A model generated the notes under the pieces. That model was not told the origin of the DNA and ran no database searches. It saw nothing but the letters and a program-made list of their open reading frames with translations. From an uncultured Arsenicibacter sp. (lineage in GTDB: Bacteria > Bacteroidota > Bacteroidia > Cytophagales > Spirosomataceae), in assembly GCA_945952095.1 (NCBI GenBank), contig CAMFHL010000004.1, positions 12,769-76,768 of the forward strand: a stretch of DNA of 64,000 nt, read 5' to 3'. Below, piece after piece: positions 47,312-55,438 of the stretch. A program made the position numbers and the translations under genes. Every line of letters starts with the position of its first letter. The stretch's first letter is position 1.

Positions 47312-48235
47312 TTAGCCGATATGTACCGGCACTTTGGACGCATACCGGTAAAAACCAATCGCATCGAGGTCGGTCAGAAACTGGTCATACTGGCTGGCAG
47401 TCATGTTGCGGACCGGCAACCGGAATTCCCCGCAATCGAGGCCGATGGCCCGCATGTAGGCTTTCCCCGTAGCGATACCGCCGTACTTGCCCAGCAGGCG
47501 GACAATGGCAATCGACGCGTCCTGCAATTGCCGGGCAAGGGCAAGGTTTCCGGCATCAAAAGCCGCCATGAGATCGTGGTAAAGCGGCGCCGCATAGTTG
47601 AAGGTACTGCCCACGCCCGCCCGGGCGCCCATCGCCATGGCGGCGAGCAGGATCTCGTCCCATCCCCACAGCATATCATACTTGCCGTTGTCGAACAGCA
47701 CACACTGACGGTATTCCATCAGGTCGTTGTGGGTGTATTTGATGCCCAGGAAGTTTGGCAGCCGGTCGCCGAGGCTTTCCAGAAACTGGATCATTGACAG
47801 ATGAACGCCGGTCAGGGCCGGAATGTGGTAGAAATAAACCCCAAGGTCCGGCACGGCCTCGCCCACCTGCACGCAGAAATCGGCCAGTACGGCAGCATTG
47901 GCGGGTTTAAAGTAAAACGGGGCCAGAATCGCCACCGCCTGAAACCCGTTGCGCTGGGCTTCTCTGGCAAGGGAAATGCACTCGGCCAGCGATGTGCCGC
48001 CTACCAGCATGATTTTCAGCAGCGACGGCTGGTCAACTTCACCCCAGGCACGGAGCAGGGCTACTTTTTCGTCGGTGGTCAGCGAGACACCCTCGCCGGT
48101 TGATCCGCCGATAAAGGCCCCCTTAATGCCATTCGCGACCAGCAACTGTGCATACTGATCAATGACCGACAGTTTCAGGCTACCATCCGCCCGCATCGGC
48201 GTAAACGGTGCCGCAATTAATCCGTTGATTTTCAT
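47312..48235 (-). CDS. nanA: N-acetylneuraminate lyase (DHDPS/NanA family)
   Basis: GGSTGEG motif and Schiff-base lysine context LGIKYTHNDL. Located within the sialic-acid locus. Confidence 0.8.
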   Translation of the reverse strand: MKINGLIAAPFTPMRADGSLKLSVIDQYAQLLVANGIKGAFIGGSTGEGVSLTTDEKVALLRAWGEVDQPSLLKIMLVGGTSLAECISLAREAQRNGFQAVAILAPFYFKPANAAVLADFCVQVGEAVPDLGVYFYHIPALTGVHLSMIQFLESLGDRLPNFLGIKYTHNDLMEYRQCVLFDNGKYDMLWGWDEILLAAMAMGARAGVGSTFNYAAPLYHDLMAAFDAGNLALARQLQDASIAIVRLLGKYGGIATGKAYMRAIGLDCGEFRLPVRNMTASQYDQFLTDLDAIGFYRYASKVPVHIG

Positions 48236-48242
48236 AAGTATT

Positions 48243-48375
48243 TAAAGAGTGAAAGAGCGGCCGGTACCCGGCGAAAGAGTGAAAGAGCGACCCGCTATAG
48301 CGGTGGATGAGAAATCTGCCTGCTCTATTGCCGTTGCAGGGTCGCTCTTTCGCTCTTTCATTCTTTCGCTCTTTA
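48243..48375 (-). repeat. AAAGAGYG 8-nt-unit repeat element, copy B (133-bp imperfect inverted array)
   Basis: Left: TAAAGAGTGAAAGAGCG-GCCGGtacCCGGC-GAAAGAGTGAAAGAGCGACCC. Right: GGGTCGCTCTTTCGCTCTTTCATTCTTTCGCTCTTTA. It fills the whole SusD-nanA gap. The mRNA reads ...CGCUCUUUCACUCUUUAAAUACUU-AUG. Confidence 0.85.
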
Positions 48376-48379
48376 GTTC

Positions 48380-49897
48380 CTAATAGCCCGGTGTTTGGGT
48401 GAGTTTGGGGTCGGTGTTGAGCATGGAAACCGAGACGGGGAGCTGGAGCTTGAAGGTCTGGGCCGATGGCAGGTAGGTCTGGCTTACGTTTTTGAATACA
48501 AACGCATTGCCGGCCCGCCGCAGCGCAAACCACCGTTTGCCCTCCGCAATAAACTCCCGCAGGTTTTCGTCCAGGATGGCGTCCATGTTCGCCTGCTGAT
48601 CGCCGTTGGTATAAGGCGTGTAACCGGTACCATAGGCCCGTGCGCGGATCGCGTTGATGTCGGCCGACGGATCGTTGCCCAGTTTGGTATTGGCTTCGGC
48701 CAGCAGTAACAGCACATCAGCGTACCGGTATACCGGAAAGTCGTTGTCGTAGAGCTGCGTACCGGCGTCAACACGACCGATAAACTTGGTCAGCAGGACA
48801 CCCGCAACCGGATTGCCCGCCGTTGTCCGGTGCATGGTGCGGAAGGTTACCCGCATCCGCCGGTCGGCCGGAATGTTCAGCCGTGTAAGCATTGCCTGCG
48901 ATAGACCCACCCGGCTCGCTCCGGCCACATACGGATAGGCCGAACTGACCGTTGCGGAAGTGCTTGTGCCCGGATCAAGGACCAGGGTACCGGCCTGGGT
49001 GGTATTCACCAGAAAACTGCCGTAGGCTCCCTGCGTTGCTTCGTTTTTCTCGAAGCTGAGTGCAAAGATGATCTCACGGTTATTGGTTTCCTTCGTCGGA
49101 TCAAAGACGTCGGCGTAAGTAGCCTGCAGGCCCAGTGCCGGGATTGCCTTTACCTCTTCCAGTGCGGTTTTGGCAGCGGTCAGGTCTGCATTGCCGCCGC
49201 CCATGAGGGTGCCCGACCACAGATAAACGTCGCCTTTCAGCGTCAGGGTAGCCGCGCGGTTCCAGTACACCCGCTTGGCTGTGAAGGCGTTATTGCCCGA
49301 AAATAAGGTCAGAGACTGGTCCAGGTCGCTTTTGATCAGTGCCATTACTTCCTCCGGCTTCGCCCGTTCGCGATACAGGTCGGTCAGGCTGTTGACGGCC
49401 GACACCGGCTCTGTTGTAATGGGGACGCCGCCCCATGTCCGCAGCAGTGTAAAGTACACATAGGCCCGTAAACCATACATTTCGGCCAGCGCGGCTTTAC
49501 GCTGAGCGTCGGCCAGAGGCGCCTGCGGAAAGAGCTTGATTACCGTGTTGATCCGGTCGAGGAGGTTGTAGAAACCGCCCCAGTTGCCCGCCGGTACGTT
49601 GGTGGCGCTGATGTTGTGCGACCAGTATTGTTTGAGCCCTGTGTCTTCCGATTCGGTAAAGAGGCCGTCAGCCCAGATCTCCGACCGCATTTCGCCCAGA
49701 TTAACGAGCGTACTGTGGTAGCCCCGCAGCGAGGCATATACGCCGGTATAGAGCGTCATGGCGGCGTTCGGATCGGAGAGGGCCAGTTGCTGATTCAGCG
49801 AGGTTTGCGGAATGACCTCATCTAACTGTTGCTGGCAGGAGAAAAGCCCTGAGCTCAGGGTTAATCCGGCGATTATGAGTAGCTTATGAAGTTTCAT
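48380..49897 (-). CDS. SusD/RagB-family lipoprotein (sialoglycan locus)
   Basis: Lipobox GLFSC. SusD pattern (AEMYGLRAYVYFTLLRTWGGVPI, REFIAEGKRWFALRR). Confidence 0.9.
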   Translation of the reverse strand: MKLHKLLIIAGLTLSSGLFSCQQQLDEVIPQTSLNQQLALSDPNAAMTLYTGVYASLRGYHSTLVNLGEMRSEIWADGLFTESEDTGLKQYWSHNISATNVPAGNWGGFYNLLDRINTVIKLFPQAPLADAQRKAALAEMYGLRAYVYFTLLRTWGGVPITTEPVSAVNSLTDLYRERAKPEEVMALIKSDLDQSLTLFSGNNAFTAKRVYWNRAATLTLKGDVYLWSGTLMGGGNADLTAAKTALEEVKAIPALGLQATYADVFDPTKETNNREIIFALSFEKNEATQGAYGSFLVNTTQAGTLVLDPGTSTSATVSSAYPYVAGASRVGLSQAMLTRLNIPADRRMRVTFRTMHRTTAGNPVAGVLLTKFIGRVDAGTQLYDNDFPVYRYADVLLLLAEANTKLGNDPSADINAIRARAYGTGYTPYTNGDQQANMDAILDENLREFIAEGKRWFALRRAGNAFVFKNVSQTYLPSAQTFKLQLPVSVSMLNTDPKLTQTPGY

Positions 49898-49911
49898 GCT
49901 GTTTGTCGGGT

Positions 49912-52900
49912 TTACAACGATACGGTAGCACCAAGGGTGAGCACGCGCGGCAGCGGGAAACGGCCCACGTCATTGCCGCCCACTTCGGGGAAGGTGCCGT
50001 TGTAGCGCGTCAGATAGAGCAGATTCGAGCCGGTGGCAAACACGCGGAGGCTTTTTACCCGGTCGCGCGAGAGGCGGGTCATGAGCGATTGCGGCATGTC
50101 GTAGCTCAGGGTCAGTTCGCGCATGGCTACGTAATTACCTTTTTGCCAGAAGTTGGCCGGTGCGGTGGTACTGCCACCGGCATCCGTGAAGTAGTTCCGG
50201 CCGTAGTTTGCCCAGTAGTACCGTGGCAGCGTGCCGTCCGGCGTTTCCGGCGACCAGGTCTTTGTTACGTCAACCGGCCCGTTCTGAGAACCCTGTACCT
50301 GCGACATACCGCGCAGATACATCTGATTGGCAATGACAAAGCCCAGAGAGTAATCGAACTGACCGAAGAGCGTAAAGCCTTTCCATTGTAAGGTTGTAGA
50401 AAAACCACCCTGCACGGTCGGCGTTGTCCGGCCGACGAACACAAAATCGCGGTAGTCGAGCGTATCGTTGCGGTCGAGATCACGCCAGCGGGCATCGCCC
50501 AGGAGCTTGATCCGTTTGTTGGTATACGGCAGGTAGGTGTTTACGAAGTTCGCGCGGGCGTCGATGTCGGCCTGCGTTTTGTAAATGCCGTCGTACAGCG
50601 GTGCCCAGATTTCGTCGAGGCCGATGCGTTTGCCTTCCTGCAAACCGCCTACCCAGACCACCTTGCCCTGTGCCGGATCATAGACCTGAACGGCACTTTG
50701 CCGGTTACGGTCGAGTCCGTTGTTGGGTAGCTTAACGGCGTAGTTCTTAACATGGAAGAGGTTCGCACCTACGCTCCATGACAGGCCGCGCGGATTGCTG
50801 GCCTTCAGGATATTACCCCGTACTTCCAGCTCAATCCCCCGGTTCTGCAACTGTCCCAGATTGGTCTGGTAGCTGCTGTAGCCCGTCCACGCCGGAATGG
50901 TCAGCGAACTGATTTTGTCGTATACATTCCGGATAAAATAATCGGCCAGAATCGTTACGCGGTTGTTCAGCAAGCCAAGGTCAAGGCCGAAGTTCAGCGT
51001 GTTGGCGCGTTCCCATTTCAGGTTGGTATTAACAATGCTGCCTGCCGCAAAGCCCGGCTGCCCGTTGTAGATACCCACGTTGCCGTATTGCGGGATCGTG
51101 GCAAAATCGCCGAGGGGGGTGATGCTGCCGTTTTCACCCCAGCTGATGCGGGGTTTCAGGGTCGTAATGTACCGGCTCAGTGCTGATTTGGTAAAAAAGT
51201 CTTCGTAGTGCATGTTCCAGCCGAGCGACATGCCGGGGAAGAAGCCATACTGGTTGGTGGTCAGCTTTGACGTACCGTCGTAGCGGGCGTTCAGGGTCAG
51301 CAGGAAGCGGTTATCGTAGGTATAATTGATCCGGCCGATGCCCGAAACCAGACGCTGCCAGCTTGAAAAGGCTGATGACGGAATACCGACTGCCGCCGTT
51401 GAGGCCGATAGCCACGGAATGAAGTCGGTGGCTGCGAGGTTGGCCGAGGCGCCATAGTCGTACTGCCGGAACTCAAAGAACTCGCCGCCGGCCAGGGCCG
51501 AAACGGTGTGTTTCCCAAACGTTTTATCGTATTGCAAAAAGCCGTTGTACTGATACTGGCCTACCCGCTGGTTACTGAACGACGCATTGCGTGTACTGAC
51601 CAGTGCGCCGCCTGTGCCGTTGATGTAGGCTTTGGTGAAGCTGTCGCTGTTGGTATACCGGTAGAAGCCTGATGCCGAGCCCAGTAACTTCAGCTCCGGC
51701 AGGATCCGGTACTCAATGTTGAGGCCGCCGCTATACCGCTGTTCCAGTGTCTGGTTCAGGAATTTGTCCTGAAAATAAGCCGGATTACCCAGGGTACTGC
51801 CATCGACGCCCGGCAGAATGGCTCCCGTCTGATCGTGGGTCAGACGGACCGTCGGGGCAATGCCCGTGAACCGCTGAATAATCCCGCCGCCGACCCCACC
51901 GCCGCCGTCGGCAGTCAGGTAAGACGGGCTGTTTTTGGTGCTGTAACCGGCCAGATTGAGCGATACCGTCAGGTTTTTACCCACATTCAGCCCGCCGTTG
52001 AAGTTCATATTCATCCGCTTGAAGGCCGAGCCGATAAGCATCCCGACATCACTCAGATTGCCGACGCCCAGTGCGAAATTGCCCTGGTCGTTCCCGCCCG
52101 ATACGTTCAGGTAGTGCTCATTGCGGTTGCTTTGCTGAAGAATCAGGTCTTCGAGCTGCCGCTGCGTTATCGACCGGAACAGGAGGGTATCCATCTGAGC
52201 GGCATTAAACGGGTTCTTGTCGATCAGCATCCGGTATTGCGGATCGCCCAGTAGGGTACGGTTGCTGTTCGAGAGCAGCTGCGTTGAGTACTTGCCGTCG
52301 GGAGCTGTCCAGCCGGAGTTGGTGCCCCAGCCCCACGCACCCGCCAGCTGGTTGCGGGCGTTGTTCATTTCAGCGGTGTTGTTGTCGGCCCGTGCGGCTT
52401 CGAAACGCGCCGCCAGTCCGCGCCGGTTCCAGAGAATATAATCTTCGGCACTCATGTAGTCAAGCGGGTTGCGCCGGATGTAGTTGGTGGCCCGTTTGTA
52501 GCTGTACGTCACCTGCGTACGGCCTTTTTTGCCTTTTTTCGTCGTTACCAGAATTACCCCGTTGGAGGCCCGTGCGCCATAAATCGCTGTTGAGGCGGCA
52601 TCTTTCAGGAGGTCAATCGTTTCCACATCTTCCATGTTGATGCCGTAGAGCGATGGCACAATCACGCCGTCCACAATGACCAGCGGCGAGCCGGAGCCGC
52701 TGAAGTCGGTGCCTCCCCGGAACGAAATGGCGGGTGTTGAGCCCGGCTGACCGGTCGTCTGCTGAATCCGCAGCCCCGGCACGGTGCCTTGCAGGGCGGT
52801 GGCCACGTTAGTACGCGGTACCGATTTAAAAACCGTCGGGTCAACCGTAGCGACGGAGCCGGTCAGGGTGCGGCGGCTTTGCTGCCCGTAGCCGACCACC

Positions 52901-53241
52901 ACTACCTCGTCGAGACTCTTGGCGCTTTCGGTCAGCTGCATAGTCACGGCTGACTGATCGTTCAGGGTGATTTCCTGCGTGGTCATGCCGATCAGCGAGA
53001 AAACGAGCACATCGCCCTTATCTGCGCTGATTGAAAAACGGCCGTCGGCGTTCGTGACGGTTCCGCGGGTTGTGCCTTTGATCGTTACGTTGACGCCCGG
53101 CAATGCTTCGGCAGTACGGCCATCCCGTACCACACCAGTAAAAGGTTTAGGCTGTGCCATGCCTATCGTCGATAAGAACAGACCGACGATAAGTATGACA
53201 TAATAGCTGCTGAGGAGCTTGTTAGTATAAAGATGCCACAT
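49912..53241 (-). CDS. SusC/RagA-family TonB-linked outer-membrane protein (sialoglycan locus)
   Basis: CarboxypepD_reg-like N-terminus (FTGVVRDGRTAEALPGVNVTIKG). DEVVVVGYG plug. Ends ...LGATVSL. 14 nt upstream of SusD. Confidence 0.9.
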   Translation of the reverse strand: MWHLYTNKLLSSYYVILIVGLFLSTIGMAQPKPFTGVVRDGRTAEALPGVNVTIKGTTRGTVTNADGRFSISADKGDVLVFSLIGMTTQEITLNDQSAVTMQLTESAKSLDEVVVVGYGQQSRRTLTGSVATVDPTVFKSVPRTNVATALQGTVPGLRIQQTTGQPGSTPAISFRGGTDFSGSGSPLVIVDGVIVPSLYGINMEDVETIDLLKDAASTAIYGARASNGVILVTTKKGKKGRTQVTYSYKRATNYIRRNPLDYMSAEDYILWNRRGLAARFEAARADNNTAEMNNARNQLAGAWGWGTNSGWTAPDGKYSTQLLSNSNRTLLGDPQYRMLIDKNPFNAAQMDTLLFRSITQRQLEDLILQQSNRNEHYLNVSGGNDQGNFALGVGNLSDVGMLIGSAFKRMNMNFNGGLNVGKNLTVSLNLAGYSTKNSPSYLTADGGGGVGGGIIQRFTGIAPTVRLTHDQTGAILPGVDGSTLGNPAYFQDKFLNQTLEQRYSGGLNIEYRILPELKLLGSASGFYRYTNSDSFTKAYINGTGGALVSTRNASFSNQRVGQYQYNGFLQYDKTFGKHTVSALAGGEFFEFRQYDYGASANLAATDFIPWLSASTAAVGIPSSAFSSWQRLVSGIGRINYTYDNRFLLTLNARYDGTSKLTTNQYGFFPGMSLGWNMHYEDFFTKSALSRYITTLKPRISWGENGSITPLGDFATIPQYGNVGIYNGQPGFAAGSIVNTNLKWERANTLNFGLDLGLLNNRVTILADYFIRNVYDKISSLTIPAWTGYSSYQTNLGQLQNRGIELEVRGNILKASNPRGLSWSVGANLFHVKNYAVKLPNNGLDRNRQSAVQVYDPAQGKVVWVGGLQEGKRIGLDEIWAPLYDGIYKTQADIDARANFVNTYLPYTNKRIKLLGDARWRDLDRNDTLDYRDFVFVGRTTPTVQGGFSTTLQWKGFTLFGQFDYSLGFVIANQMYLRGMSQVQGSQNGPVDVTKTWSPETPDGTLPRYYWANYGRNYFTDAGGSTTAPANFWQKGNYVAMRELTLSYDMPQSLMTRLSRDRVKSLRVFATGSNLLYLTRYNGTFPEVGGNDVGRFPLPRVLTLGATVSL

Positions 53242-53259
53242 ACGAATAATAATTTTTGC

Positions 53260-53291
53260 ATTATGTATGACTTGGCAAAGGTATTATGTAT
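53260..53291 (-). promoter_or_regulatory. Candidate promoter/operator of the SusC-led nan operon: Bacteroidota -7 box TACCTTTG flanked by two ATTATGTAT repeats
   Basis: ATTATGTAT at 53260-53268 and 53283-53291. The minus strand of 53276-53283 reads TACCTTTG (TAnnTTTG consensus), about 35 nt upstream of ATG 53241. Confidence 0.35.
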
Positions 53292-53362
53292 TATTTAATA
53301 TTCGCAACAGGCCCGTTAAAATTATTTTTTCGCGGATATTTTTTGTTTTTCGGATATGAATC

Positions 53363-53394
53363 TAAATTTGTCGCACTATTAAGTTATACATAAT
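53363..53394 (+). promoter_or_regulatory. Candidate promoter/operator of the regulator-sialidase-epimerase operon: -7 box TAAATTTG plus inverted copy ATACATAAT
   Basis: TAAATTTG at 53363-53370. ATACATAAT (reverse complement of ATTATGTAT) at 53386-53394 abuts ATG 53395. Confidence 0.35.
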
Positions 53395-54099
53395 ATGGAT
53401 TACGCGAACATGCATGATGACCTGCGCTTACATGAGCAGACATCATTGGTTGACAAGGCAGAGACCGAGTTACTGGATTTCTTTCAGGAGCAGCAATACA
53501 AAACCGGTGATGTGATTCCGAAAGAGGTCGAACTCGCGGTTCAGCTGGGCGTAAGCCGTACGGTGATCCGCGAAGCCCTGCAACGGCTGCGGATGCGCGG
53601 GATGGTAGAGACGAAAAAAAAGCGGGGGACGGTCATTACGAACCCCGACCTGCTGTCGCTGCTCGAAAAAACGATGTATCCCGGTATTCTGGCCGACGAA
53701 ACCCTGCGCGATATTTTTGAACTCCGGCTGGTACTGGAAATCGGCATGGGCGATCTGCTGTTCGAACGCATCACCCAGCGCGACATCGACGAGCTGTATG
53801 CCATCGTGGCCGATGAGCCGGTCAATACCGAGGAAATGATTTTTAACGCCGATCAGGAGGTGCGTTTCCACGGCAAGCTCTACGAAATTACGGGCAACCA
53901 CACGCTCATGCGGTTCCAGCAGATGCTCCTGCCGACATTTGAGTATGTCCACAAAAGCGGCCTGCTGAAAAAGCAGGTGCAGCATAAAAAGTTTGTATCG
54001 CACCGGGGGCTGGTGGATATTCTGCAGCACGGTACTGCGGAGACGTTCCGCAACGCGATGCGCAATCATTTTGAGAATCACTTTCAACGTTTGTTTTAA
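53395..54099 (+). CDS. GntR/FadR-family transcriptional regulator (probable sialic-acid locus regulator)
   Basis: N-terminal wHTH (GDVIPKEVELAVQLGVSRTVIREALQRLRMRGMV) plus a C-terminal FCD-type all-helical domain. Confidence 0.9.
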   Translation: MDYANMHDDLRLHEQTSLVDKAETELLDFFQEQQYKTGDVIPKEVELAVQLGVSRTVIREALQRLRMRGMVETKKKRGTVITNPDLLSLLEKTMYPGILADETLRDIFELRLVLEIGMGDLLFERITQRDIDELYAIVADEPVNTEEMIFNADQEVRFHGKLYEITGNHTLMRFQQMLLPTFEYVHKSGLLKKQVQHKKFVSHRGLVDILQHGTAETFRNAMRNHFENHFQRLF

Positions 54100-54102
54100 C
54101 GC

Positions 54103-55296
54103 ATGTTTCCGCATATTATCCTTGCGGCGGGCCTGTTACTGGGTTGCCGTCAGGCGCAGCCTGTAGCCGCCGCGCCCCCTTATGTTGCTCCGGCAGCGGC
54201 CGGAACGGTCTTACCTGATGAGGTAACCGTGTTCAGTAACGGCACTGATGGCTATCTGTGCTACCGGATTCCGGCTATTGTCAACGCACCGGACGGTACT
54301 TTGCTGGCGTTTGCCGAAGGGCGTAAAACCGACTGCGGCGATTTCGGCAACGTCGATATTGTGCTTCGGACCAGCCGTGATCAGGGTAAAACGTGGTCGC
54401 CGCTGTCGGTGGCCGTCGATTATGGCACCAATCAGGCGGGTAACGCGGCACCGGTTTTCGACCTGACCGACCCGCGCTATCCCGATGGCCGGTTGTTTCT
54501 GGTGTACAACACAGGCGTGGCGTCGGAAGGCGATGTCCGGAACGGTAAAGCCATCCGTGAGGTATGGTATGTGACCAGTACCGATCTGGGTAAAACGTGG
54601 TCGGCACCGGTCAACATTACGACGCAGGTAAACCGGCCCAATAAACCGGAGGTAAACCCTGCCTACACGTTTAAGGAAGACTGGCGGTCCTATGCCAACA
54701 CGCCCGGCCATGCCTTGCAGTTGAGCCAGGGCCGGTATCGCGGCCGGTTGTTTGTGGCAGCGAATCACTCGGCCGGTCCCCCGCAGGCGCAGTTCCGCGA
54801 CTACAGCGCCCACGGATTTTACTCCGACGACCACGGCAGCAGCTGGAAACTGAGCCCGACCGTAGCTTATCCGGGCAGCAACGAGAGCATCGCCGCCGAA
54901 ACCCGCGACGGCGGTATACTGATGAACATGCGCAATCAGTCGGGAGACGTAAAAAGCCGGTTGCTGGCCTACTCGCCGACCGCCGGTGAACGCTGGAACG
55001 ACGTAATTGTATCTACGGATTTACCCGATCCGGTTTGCCAGGGATCAATGATTAATTACAAAACGCCCTCCGGACAACCGGCGCTGCTGTTTGTGAACCC
55101 CAACAGCCAGACCAAACGTGAAAAGCTAACGATCCGGATGAGTCAGGACGATGGCAAAAGCTGGTCGCAGGGGAAGGAAATTTACGGTGGTTCGTCGGCT
55201 TACTCCGATCTGGTTATCCAGCAAAACGGGCAGGTCGGTGTCCTCTACGAACGCGACAACTACCAGACAATCACCTACGCGAGCTTCAGCTTCTAA
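54103..55296 (+). CDS. nanH: Exo-alpha-sialidase (GH33) lipoprotein
   Basis: Lipobox LLLGC. YRIP motif (CYRIPAIV). Four Asp-boxes: SRDQGKTW, STDLGKTW, SDDHGSSW, SQDDGKSW. Confidence 0.9.
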   Translation: MFPHIILAAGLLLGCRQAQPVAAAPPYVAPAAAGTVLPDEVTVFSNGTDGYLCYRIPAIVNAPDGTLLAFAEGRKTDCGDFGNVDIVLRTSRDQGKTWSPLSVAVDYGTNQAGNAAPVFDLTDPRYPDGRLFLVYNTGVASEGDVRNGKAIREVWYVTSTDLGKTWSAPVNITTQVNRPNKPEVNPAYTFKEDWRSYANTPGHALQLSQGRYRGRLFVAANHSAGPPQAQFRDYSAHGFYSDDHGSSWKLSPTVAYPGSNESIAAETRDGGILMNMRNQSGDVKSRLLAYSPTAGERWNDVIVSTDLPDPVCQGSMINYKTPSGQPALLFVNPNSQTKREKLTIRMSQDDGKSWSQGKEIYGGSSAYSDLVIQQNGQVGVLYERDNYQTITYASFSF

Positions 55297-55362
55297 ACAG
55301 CTTAACGGCGTGGTAGCGCTTTCTGCCTTTCACCGCGCGGTGGCCGGACTGCGTGTCCCACC

Positions 55363-55410
55363 CGCTCTTTCACTCTTTCGCTCTTTCTGTCTTTCGCTCT
55401 TTCTGTCTTT
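55363..55410 (+). repeat. AAAGAGYG-family repeat, copy C (CU-rich strand; 3 x 16 nt = 6 x 8 nt tandem)
   Basis: CGCTCTTTCACTCTTT / CGCTCTTTCTGTCTTT / CGCTCTTTCTGTCTTT. Flanked by GC palindromes CACCGCGCGGTG (55331-55342) and GCCGCGGC. Ends 28 nt before ATG 55439. Confidence 0.85.
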
Positions 55411-55438
55411 CGCCGCGGCGGCGGGCCGCACTTTACCC

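Noticed and set aside
48180-48533. 117-aa ORF containing KERKNERAKER, and the N-terminal 96 codons of ORF 55151..56584 containing SLFRSFCLSLFLSF
   Set aside because: Both are translations through the 8-nt AAAGAGYG/CRCTCTTT repeat arrays. They overlap real genes and intergenic repeats and are not credible proteins.
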